The translations under genes were made by a program, and so were the position numbers. 64,000 nucleotides of DNA from a virus: positions 11,239 through 75,238 of IMG/VR virus record IMGVR_UViG_3300042922_000600. One strand, written 5' to 3'. The first letter of the stretch is position 1; the number at the start of each line of letters is the position of its first letter. The notes beneath the pieces are model-generated. The model had not been told where the DNA came from and made no database searches. It saw only the letters and a program-made list of their open reading frames with translations. This document shows, piece after piece, positions 39,290 through 47,326 of this stretch.

Positions 39290-40865
39290 AGCAAGTGTCA
39301 AGGGGTATTGGATAAACCATAATTTTATGGGAAGATGTGATGGAGTTACAGTTATACCCAATAGTCTATTGACGGACCAGGCACTTAAATTAGATGAAAG
39401 GCTTGTTATAGCTTATTTGATATCCTATAATTTTAAAAATTCTGGAGTTGGCTACAAGGGTTTTGTTTTCCCCAGGGTTGAGACTATAGCAAATGATTTG
39501 GGTATATCTAGAAGACAGGTTTTTGATAAGATATCTGGAATTGAGGAAAAGGGGTACATTTACAGAATTTCAAACAGGAGCACTATTGACTACTATGACA
39601 GCATAGAATACATAAATAAATTCTTTGATTTGCATATAAATGAGGCTACTTTGTACTTCCTTGACCTATGGAAATGTTTGTCTAAAGAAGAAATTATGCG
39701 TTACAACGGCGTAGACAGTGAGATGGATTATGAAGAGATGCTAAAAGAAAGAAATGAATTTATTGAGTATTTTGATAGCTTACGTGGTATTGAGGATAAG
39801 GTAGAGCTGGATGAATATTTAGGAAATAAGGAAGTTACGAGAAATTGCACACCCCCGTGTGCGGAAACTCGCACACCACCGTATGCGGAAACTCGCACAC
39901 AGAAACATACAAATATAAAAAATACAAATATAAAAAATAATAATGCGTTGCATTTTCAGTCTAAATCATTTTTTACTCACCTTCTAAATACAGATATCAA
40001 AAAAGAGGACTTTGATAAACCTTTATCCTATAAGGAAGCCAAAAGTTTAAAAGAGCAGAAAAAGAAAAAAGAACAGCAGGACAAGAAGGATAAAACCTCA
40101 CAGGAGTTTTTAGATAAACTGGCTAAAAGAGAATTTAAGAATTTCAATCTGGATGAGTTATGTTTATATTATGAACATCGATTAAAGGAAATTTATGGCA
40201 CCGCATGTAAGGTAAGCGAGAGGAGTTTTAGAACCTTCAAACTACTGTATGAGCAGAATGGTTCCTATGGTTTGACAATGGAACAGCTGGCAAGGGTGGT
40301 TGATGTATTTTTAGAGACTTATCGTGAAGGTAAGATAAAGGGATTGGACTTAGAAAGCTATCCCAATCCAGTATACGCTCATTTGCTATTAAATAATAAG
40401 GGTAGCATTTTAAAACAGATAATAAACTTGTCCGAGTATTCAGGAGTTCCTACTGTAACAGGGTCAGGCAGTGTTGTATACAAAGAAGATAGTGACTATA
40501 GAGATAAGCTCCCTGAGTTGGTGGAGTTGTGGAAACATGAGAAACCTAAGTGGCTAAAGAAGTATGGGCTCATTGATGGGAAAGAAGATAGAAACTATAT
40601 GAAGCGTATCAAATGGGTTCCAAATGACTACTTTGAGGATGACGATATACCGAGTTTTGGTAGGTACATAAGTAGGTGGTTTGTTAATGGATATCTTACA
40701 GATGAAGTTAAGGATAAAATATCTTCACAGGACTTTATGTATTTAGAGGAATATGTAGAGAATGTTATGATACCTGCAAATGAGGAATATGATGAGATAC
40801 AAAAGGCTATACATGAGAAAGTGTATGGTATTGGGACAGATATAAGGATAGGAGGCTTGGTATAA
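39252..40865 (+). CDS. replication initiator (wHTH) protein
   Basis: FPRVETIANDLGISRRQV...LEEKGYI HTH; internal iterons; followed by DnaC. Confidence 0.8.
   Translation: MNYFKNTAELSLKASVKGYWINHNFMGRCDGVTVIPNSLLTDQALKLDERLVIAYLISYNFKNSGVGYKGFVFPRVETIANDLGISRRQVFDKISGIEEKGYIYRISNRSTIDYYDSIEYINKFFDLHINEATLYFLDLWKCLSKEEIMRYNGVDSEMDYEEMLKERNEFIEYFDSLRGIEDKVELDEYLGNKEVTRNCTPPCAETRTPPYAETRTQKHTNIKNTNIKNNNALHFQSKSFFTHLLNTDIKKEDFDKPLSYKEAKSLKEQKKKKEQQDKKDKTSQEFLDKLAKREFKNFNLDELCLYYEHRLKEIYGTACKVSERSFRTFKLLYEQNGSYGLTMEQLARVVDVFLETYREGKIKGLDLESYPNPVYAHLLLNNKGSILKQIINLSEYSGVPTVTGSGSVVYKEDSDYRDKLPELVELWKHEKPKWLKKYGLIDGKEDRNYMKRIKWVPNDYFEDDDIPSFGRYISRWFVNGYLTDEVKDKISSQDFMYLEEYVENVMIPANEEYDEIQKAIHEKVYGIGTDIRIGGLV
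39840..39944. repeat. putative replication origin: 24-bp iterons plus AT-rich 15-bp repeats
   Basis: cgtRtgcggaaactcgcacac x2 (plus one degenerate copy), then atacaaatataaaaa x2. Confidence 0.75.
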
Positions 40866-41584
40866 TGAAGTTTACGGGTTTTGATGAGCAGGATTTTGTA
40901 TTTGATAAGGATAAATGTACTGTGTCCAGAACGTGCAGAAGAGGGCAGTGTAATGATGGCTGTGCTGTTTACTATAAAACTGAGTACATTTATGGAATAA
41001 ATAATGTCCCTAAAAAATACAGGGACTGGGTCCCAGAGGATTTATCCAAAATAGTCAAAGAGGATGTTGACCTTGGTGTGGAGCACATAAAGAGATTGAC
41101 GTCTGACGCTAACTATACGAAGGGTATATACTTATATGGAAATGTAGGTTCAGGCAAAACTTCACTTGGATTGGTGTTGTTAAATGACTTCCTTAGAAGG
41201 ATGATTAACGAGTATAGGATAATGGAGTACGTTGAAAATGAATTTACGCCAGTGCTGTTTGTTCCATTTAGCCAGTATGCAGAGACTTATAAAGCTAGGT
41301 TCTCAAACAAGTCTGACTTCCTGGAATTAATAAATAATAACATTTACAAGAGCCACCTCGTAATGATTGATGATATTGGGTTTGACGGTCAGACTAAAAC
41401 TACACTGGACTTACTTTTTAACATCATAGACTCTGCATTGGCTAATGATAGAGGACTTATATTAACTGGTAACTTACCACCACAGAAATTGCAAGGTGTG
41501 TTGGGCAGTAGGTTGCACAGCAGAATAGTAAATGGTTGTGAGTGCTATGAAGTTAGGTCCTCCGACTTACGTTCGAGCTTTTAG
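40865..41584 (+). CDS. DnaC/IstB-like helicase loader
   Basis: GNVGSGKT, LVMIDDIG, TGN, RLHSRI. Confidence 0.9.
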   Translation: MKFTGFDEQDFVFDKDKCTVSRTCRRGQCNDGCAVYYKTEYIYGINNVPKKYRDWVPEDLSKIVKEDVDLGVEHIKRLTSDANYTKGIYLYGNVGSGKTSLGLVLLNDFLRRMINEYRIMEYVENEFTPVLFVPFSQYAETYKARFSNKSDFLELINNNIYKSHLVMIDDIGFDGQTKTTLDLLFNIIDSALANDRGLILTGNLPPQKLQGVLGSRLHSRIVNGCECYEVRSSDLRSSF

Positions 41585-41600
41585 TGGGCTATAAATTAGG

Positions 41601-41654
41601 GGTGTAACTTTATACCTGTAACACGAAATGGTATTACAGGGGCAGAATTAAAGG
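41601..41654 (+). repeat. dispersed element, copy 5
   Basis: GGTGTA at -43, cctgtaa/ttacagg hairpin, AGAATTAAAGG. Confidence 0.65.
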
Positions 41655-41754
41655 CGTACCATTAGCATTAAACACAATGCAAAGGTACAGTATATTTTGC
41701 ACAATACAAAAGTAGTTGAGTTCGTTTATACTATATTGTAGGGAGGTCATTGAC

Positions 41755-43128
41755 TTGGTAGAGTATCAAATAATTAATCACATTTTGGAGCAGAAGGATA
41801 TTGGTATAATACAGAGAAACAAAATAAATGAAACTTATTTTGAATTCTGTAAAGAAGAGTTTGAATTTATACATACACATTGGAGAAAGGTAGGACAGAT
41901 TCCTGACATACATACATTCCTTGCAAAATACCCTGATTTTGAGGTGTTTAAGGTAGGGGAGTCGGAGGAATACTTAGTAAACTCACTACGGGAGCAATAT
42001 GTCTATAATAAAATAGTTCCCATACTTAAAGAAGGTGACGAAAAGCTAAGAGAGGATAGTTTTGACGCCGTTGACTTCCTAAGGGCACAACTGAGGGAAA
42101 TTGCAGAAACGCTAGACTTTAGACATGTAGGCCACAATTTAGCGAAAGACACTGATGTTAGAAAAGATGACTATTTGAAAAGAATGGAAATGAAAGGTTT
42201 GACAGGGATACCCACTGGTCTTGAGTGGTTGGATGACCTGACTAACGGTTGGCAGGAAGAAGACTTTGTAATGCTAGGTGGTTACCTTGGCGAAGGTAAA
42301 TCATGGCTGCTATTATTTCTTTTATGGGCGGCATGGGGTAGGTCAAAAAAGAAGGTACTTTTAATAAGTAGAGAGATGGGCAAAGTCCTAGTGGGTTTCC
42401 GTTTTGATACATGGAATGGAAATTTCAGTAACCTTGGGCTTATGAAAGGTAATACGGAATTAGGAAAAGTTGATAAAAGTGTTGGGGGTAGAATAGTACC
42501 AATTGATTTATCAAAGGACGACTATATTAAGTATCTGGAAGAGCTTAAGGATGAAGACAATCCAGACTTTATGGTCTACACAAATGAGGATAATGCTCAG
42601 TGTACTTTTGAGGACATTGAGAACTTAATAGATATTATTAAACCAGATATTGTTGGCATTGACCAACTTTCCTTAATAGGCACAGTTAAGAAATTTGGAA
42701 CAATAAGGGAGAGGTATATATTCCTTACTAGAAACTTTTACAGACTATCCAGCAAAAAGAGAATACCTATATTAGTTACGGGTCAGATAGGAAGAGACTG
42801 GGCAAAGGGTAGGGACAAGAACAAAAAGAATGGCAGTGACCAGATAGATGCACCAGAGACTCACCAGTTCATGGAGAGTAACAGTGCGGGTGAAGATGCC
42901 ACTCGTGTTGTTACATTTGCAAGAAAGGGAAACATAGTTATGATAAATGTTCCGAAGAATAGATATGGCATTGGCGGAAAGCAAGAATTTGTGTGGGACA
43001 TAGATAGGGGCTTTATAAATCTTTTCGACAGACCAGAAGAGGATGAGGATGAGCAACCACAGGCAAAGAGAGGCTCCAAGGATAAGAAAGAGAACAAGGT
43101 AATACAGACAAGCGAGTATATATTTTAG
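41755..43128 (+). CDS. dnaB: replicative DnaB-like helicase
   Basis: GIPTG...LD.LT.G, GYLGEGKS, SREM, IDQL, KNRYG; TTG start after GGGAGG. Confidence 0.9.
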   Translation: MVEYQIINHILEQKDIGIIQRNKINETYFEFCKEEFEFIHTHWRKVGQIPDIHTFLAKYPDFEVFKVGESEEYLVNSLREQYVYNKIVPILKEGDEKLREDSFDAVDFLRAQLREIAETLDFRHVGHNLAKDTDVRKDDYLKRMEMKGLTGIPTGLEWLDDLTNGWQEEDFVMLGGYLGEGKSWLLLFLLWAAWGRSKKKVLLISREMGKVLVGFRFDTWNGNFSNLGLMKGNTELGKVDKSVGGRIVPIDLSKDDYIKYLEELKDEDNPDFMVYTNEDNAQCTFEDIENLIDIIKPDIVGIDQLSLIGTVKKFGTIRERYIFLTRNFYRLSSKKRIPILVTGQIGRDWAKGRDKNKKNGSDQIDAPETHQFMESNSAGEDATRVVTFARKGNIVMINVPKNRYGIGGKQEFVWDIDRGFINLFDRPEEDEDEQPQAKRGSKDKKENKVIQTSEYIF

Positions 43129-43143
43129 TGGAGGTGATAACGT

Positions 43144-43647
43144 ATGAAAACTTTCCTTAATGAGTCCGAACGTAAGGATGTAGTAATGCTGTACTGTTTA
43201 ATTGGTACAATGCAGGAACAATTTTTAAAGGATTGGGATGAGAGAGGTAACTTGACAGCGGAAGAGAGAAAGTATATCAAAACCTCAATAACACTTGCGT
43301 TGAAAGTAACAGACTCAATAATGAATAGGATAGATGGAAATTTAAGGCAACGCTTAATTAGGGATATGAAAGCAACCGACCTATTCTGCTTACCCAAGTC
43401 AGAGGCAAAATTAAAGAAGGACAGATTTGAGAAAGAAGTACTGTCAAATGAACTTATTAAAGTGTCAAGGGATGCAATTGACGAACTGGCACAAAGGGCT
43501 ATGGATTGGTGTAATCCATGTAACGTGGTAAAATGTGATGAATGCATACTAAGAGAAATATTTAGGCAACTGGATTTGGAGCCATATGATTGTGAGGCTA
43601 CTGAATGTGAGTATAGAATAAAGAAAGGGGGTGGAGAAATTGAATAG
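43144..43647 (+). CDS. hypothetical protein with C-terminal Cys cluster
   Basis: CNPC...CDEC...C...CEY. Confidence 0.6.
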   Translation: MKTFLNESERKDVVMLYCLIGTMQEQFLKDWDERGNLTAEERKYIKTSITLALKVTDSIMNRIDGNLRQRLIRDMKATDLFCLPKSEAKLKKDRFEKEVLSNELIKVSRDAIDELAQRAMDWCNPCNVVKCDECILREIFRQLDLEPYDCEATECEYRIKKGGGEIE

Positions 43648-43858
43648 ACAGGAAAGAAGAAGAGCCGGAAAACTGGCGAATAACTCTAAGGAGTTTTCCG
43701 AGTTTGTAGTTCAAAATAGATTGCAGGTATTACAGGCATCACTATTAGCGAGTCTGGACACACTAAAAGAAGATTTTAATTTTGATGAAAAGCAATTAAA
43801 CGACTTTGCAGTTAAGCATAATGAACGTCTTAAAGCTACATTGGGTGGTGGTAAATAA
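43631..43858 (+). CDS. hypothetical protein
   Basis: NRQERRR start; coupled to primase. Confidence 0.55.
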   Translation: MEKLNRQERRRAGKLANNSKEFSEFVVQNRLQVLQASLLASLDTLKEDFNFDEKQLNDFAVKHNERLKATLGGGK

Positions 43859-44904
43859 TGTTGGTGATATGGGATACACCACTCATTGTTGAATTAGAAG
43901 TAGTACTTCATTTTTTGAAACAGGAAATGGAAGAAATGCATGGAAGGGACTATTTTGGCAGGTCCGTTGAAAGTGGAAGCAACTTGATGGTTAAGTGCCC
44001 ATTTCATAAGGATGGGCAGGAAAGAAAGCCAAGCATGGGCATCCGTGTGGATGACGGTCAGTTTAACTGCTTTACTTGTGGGGAGCATGGAGACCTTCCA
44101 ATGTTTGTTGCAAAGTGTCTGGATTTGGGAGTTAAGAGGGACACCACTGGCGGTATAGTGGAACCCCCCAAACCCGAATTGGGGTATAAATGGCTACTTA
44201 AGAAGTTTAATTTAGCTGTGCAGGGTGAGAGACCAGGTCTTGGGCTTGGACAGTCTAGGACGAGTAAAAGATTTGATAGGTTTGTCCCAGAAAGCGACTT
44301 AGAGCAATACTATGAATATGTGCATCCTTACATGGAAGAGGTTAGATTTATCCCACAAAAAATGCAGGACTATCTAGAGATAGGATATGACAAGGCAACC
44401 AACAGTGTTATATTTCTTATGAAGGACTTAAAGGGAAATGTTTTCTTTGTTAAAAAACGTCCAATCACTTCCTATAATGATGTAAGGTATACTAACGTAA
44501 AGGATATACCAAAGAAGCATTTGATGTTCGGAGCCTACTACATTTATAGGGACTATGTTGCTACACCAAAGAAATGGATGTCGGACATGATACATAAAAA
44601 TGGAATTACTCTTGTTGAGGGTGAAATAGATGTTGCAAGTGGATGGACACTTAGAATGCCCACTGTCGGGATAGGTGGGAGGATATTTTTCAAGGAACAG
44701 GCTAAAGTACTTGCGGCAATGGGAGTAAAAAATATAAACCTGGGCCTGGACAATGATGAGGAAGGTCAAAAAGAAACAGTGAGAATAGTAGACAACTACT
44801 CAAGCACATTTAGATTGAGCCTAATTAAGTATCCTGACTGGGCTAAAGACATGAATGATGTTGTTAAGAATGGAAAAGGTATTGAGGTATTAAAATTTCT
44901 ATAG
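43858..44904 (+). CDS. dnaG: DNA primase (CHC2 Zn finger + TOPRIM)
   Basis: CPFH..E.KPS, CFTC, VEGEID, LDNDEEG, KDMND. Confidence 0.92.
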   Translation: MLVIWDTPLIVELEVVLHFLKQEMEEMHGRDYFGRSVESGSNLMVKCPFHKDGQERKPSMGIRVDDGQFNCFTCGEHGDLPMFVAKCLDLGVKRDTTGGIVEPPKPELGYKWLLKKFNLAVQGERPGLGLGQSRTSKRFDRFVPESDLEQYYEYVHPYMEEVRFIPQKMQDYLEIGYDKATNSVIFLMKDLKGNVFFVKKRPITSYNDVRYTNVKDIPKKHLMFGAYYIYRDYVATPKKWMSDMIHKNGITLVEGEIDVASGWTLRMPTVGIGGRIFFKEQAKVLAAMGVKNINLGLDNDEEGQKETVRIVDNYSSTFRLSLIKYPDWAKDMNDVVKNGKGIEVLKFL

Positions 44905-44917
44905 GAAGGTACTTTTC

Positions 44918-45112
44918 ATGAAAAATAAGTGGGATGTGGAAATGAGTTACATACTTGGCATAAGTGTTGTGGCTGAGGGAGATACTAAGGAAGAAGCTGT
45001 AACTAACGCAAAAGAACTGGTAAAAGAGTATGTATCTGTTAATGACGGGTTTACAGTGGACTGTGGTGACGTGATGTTTGAGCAAGTTAATTTTATACAG
45101 GAGCATAGATAG
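44918..45112 (+). CDS. hypothetical protein
   Basis: V.A...EEA...A motif; RBS. Confidence 0.55.
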   Translation: MKNKWDVEMSYILGISVVAEGDTKEEAVTNAKELVKEYVSVNDGFTVDCGDVMFEQVNFIQEHR

Positions 45113-45499
45113 TGTGGATTGGATGAATTAACTCCAATAGTAACAAAGGGTGTCACTTGTGCAATTAACAATAAATACTTATTATTACAAGTAATTTTAA
45201 ATTTATACATTATTTTTAAAATTGTTACAAAAATTAGTAAAAAATTGTTGTAATATGTAAAAAAATGTTGTATAATAATATTGTAAAGTTAATACATAAT
45301 GAAATTACATAATTAATAAGGCACCTTTTGCATATAGTACTCGGATTGGAACTATTAGTTGGCCCATTGGATAATTGGCTTGGTGCATATTTTGACAGCG
45401 AAATTATTGAATGGGCTATACTTATTGGCAAAAATTCAACATTCACACAATTGGTGCGAGTTTTTGAAACAGACTAAACTAAACTAGGAGGATTTAAAA

Positions 45500-46117
45500 A
45501 TGAACAATGTTCAAGAAATGGCGTTAATGGTTAAAAATGGTGAAATAGGTGAGGAAGAGTTCATAATTGGATGCAAGAAAATAATAGAGGATGCTTCCTA
45601 CAAATGGTACCAAAAGGTAGGGCTAATGGATGGGAGAGAAATTCAAGAGAAAAGACAGCTATGTAGTATTTGGTGTTGGGAGGCGTTAAGAAATTACAAT
45701 CCGGAGAAGGGTAAATTTACGACGCTGTATTATGCTCATACACAGAATATGATAAAGAACCTATGTAGAAGAAGTACAAATGATAACGAGAAGGCAAATA
45801 ATTACACAAACTGTTTCAGCTATGAATTCAGTATATGTGGTGAGAGCGAAAATTCCTCAGAAGAAGGAAGTGCATTTATAAAGCATCAGTGCAATGAAGA
45901 GGATGGATTTGAAAGAGTTGAGATTGAAATGATGCTAAAGCACAACGGTTTTGATGATATAACTATGGGCATTGTTAAGTATAAAATGGAAAGCCCCGAA
46001 ATGCCGGATGCAGAAATTGCCAGACTATTAGGCTATAGTAGAGCATATATTAGCCTACTATGGAGAAAGGTTAAGCCTTTTCTAGCCAGCCAGCTATGCA
46101 CAGCGGATAATTTTTAA
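45500..46117 (+). CDS. sigma-70-like factor
   Basis: W.AL..YNPEKGKF.T region-2-like; EIARLLGYSRAYIS HTH. Confidence 0.75.
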   Translation: MNNVQEMALMVKNGEIGEEEFIIGCKKIIEDASYKWYQKVGLMDGREIQEKRQLCSIWCWEALRNYNPEKGKFTTLYYAHTQNMIKNLCRRSTNDNEKANNYTNCFSYEFSICGESENSSEEGSAFIKHQCNEEDGFERVEIEMMLKHNGFDDITMGIVKYKMESPEMPDAEIARLLGYSRAYISLLWRKVKPFLASQLCTADNF

Positions 46118-46124
46118 AAACCAG

Positions 46125-46154
46125 TTTACATAAATGAACGAATGGCTTTATACT
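46125..46154 (+). promoter_or_regulatory. promoter TTTACA-N18-TATACT
   Basis: conserved class. Confidence 0.75.
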
Positions 46155-46235
46155 GCATTGTAAAATAAAAGTACAGTATAGAGCCTATTTTTATTTTACG
46201 GAACGTAGGTAATTTGTTAGGGAGGGAATTGGTCT

Positions 46236-46397
46236 ATGAAAAGACTTATCACAGTACTAAAAAAGACAAGACATATTTTATGGGGTAACTTTGTAATCAT
46301 CACTGAAAAGGATGGCAAAGTTAGTGCCGATGGGATAATGCCTGCAAATAGACTTAAATTAGTCATTAATCAATTTAACCAACAACTTAATTCCTAA
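46236..46397 (+). CDS. 53-aa hypothetical protein (not in track)
   Basis: GGGAGG RBS; MKRLITVLKK...QQLNS. Confidence 0.55.
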   Translation: MKRLITVLKKTRHILWGNFVIITEKDGKVSADGIMPANRLKLVINQFNQQLNS

Positions 46398-46460
46398 CCA
46401 AAACACTTTAAACACTTTCCAAACTAAAAAAACTTAAAACAAGAAAGGTGGAAATTATTT

Positions 46461-47126
46461 ATGGCAGGTTTTAAAGGTATTGATGCAATTAAAGGGGCAA
46501 TTGACAATTTTGCCACGGGTTCAAATGTCGGATTTTTTGGGTTAAAGGATGATGGGGACAGAGCAGATGTTCAATTCCTACATAAAGATGCAGATGACCT
46601 AAACGTACTACTTACGCACCAAATAGAGGTGGACGGAAAGAAGAGATATGTGGAGTGCCTGAAGATGTACGAGAAACCTTGTGCAATGTGTGAGCAAGGT
46701 AGCAAGACATCGCTTAGACTATTCTTATATCTATTAAGCTGGAGACCGGACGAAAAAGGAAGAGTTCCAAAAGAACCAAAGGTAGAGTTATGGGATAGAG
46801 GTAAAGACGTAATAAATCGTATCCTTAACTTAATAGGCAAGAAAAAGGACTTAAGAAAGCATGTGTATGAGGTTGTTAGAAATGGAAAGGCTGGAGATAC
46901 TGGAACTTCCTATGACATTGACCCATATGATGAAAGTGAATTATTAGTACCAATTGAGAAATTACCAGAGCGCCCAGATATATATGAATTTGTGCTGAAA
47001 AAGAATTATGATGAAATGGTTGCACTGCTAAAAAGTGGTGCAGGAGCGGCAAGCTCAACTCCAACAAAAAGACAGGGCGCAACTAATAGGTTTACGCCAA
47101 TTGATGATGACGACATACCATTTTAA
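46461..47126 (+). CDS. single-stranded DNA-binding protein (gp32-like, Zn motif)
   Basis: FFGLKDDG, H...C...C..C, R.G..G.T.T.Y, acidic DDDDIPF tail. Confidence 0.85.
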   Translation: MAGFKGIDAIKGAIDNFATGSNVGFFGLKDDGDRADVQFLHKDADDLNVLLTHQIEVDGKKRYVECLKMYEKPCAMCEQGSKTSLRLFLYLLSWRPDEKGRVPKEPKVELWDRGKDVINRILNLIGKKKDLRKHVYEVVRNGKAGDTGTSYDIDPYDESELLVPIEKLPERPDIYEFVLKKNYDEMVALLKSGAGAASSTPTKRQGATNRFTPIDDDDIPF

Positions 47127-47174
47127 CTAGAGCTAGATAAGGGGGGTGGAATTTAATATTCCATCCTTTTTTAT

Positions 47175-47204
47175 GTTACAATACAAATTGAAACCTTTTA
47201 TACT
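47175..47204 (+). promoter_or_regulatory. promoter GTTACA-N18-TATACT
   Basis: conserved class; follows a terminator at ~47139-47172. Confidence 0.7.
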
Positions 47205-47233
47205 GCATTGTATACTAATTGGAGGTGGAAGAT

Positions 47234-47323
47234 ATGAAATGTGCATACAAGATAGCCTACGGTTGTGGTAGCTGTGGCGGAAGAAGAGACTGCCCATACG
47301 CGAACAGAAAGAAAGGATGGTAG
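47234..47323 (+). CDS. 29-aa four-Cys micropeptide (not in track)
   Basis: GGAGGTGG RBS; MKCAYKIAYGCGSCGGRRDCPYANRKKGW. Confidence 0.55.
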   Translation: MKCAYKIAYGCGSCGGRRDCPYANRKKGW

Positions 47324-47326
47324 AGA

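Noticed and set aside
39840-39944. CRISPR-like mini-array
   Set aside because: The repeats are contiguous, lack unique spacers, are in frame in a gene, and no cas genes are present.
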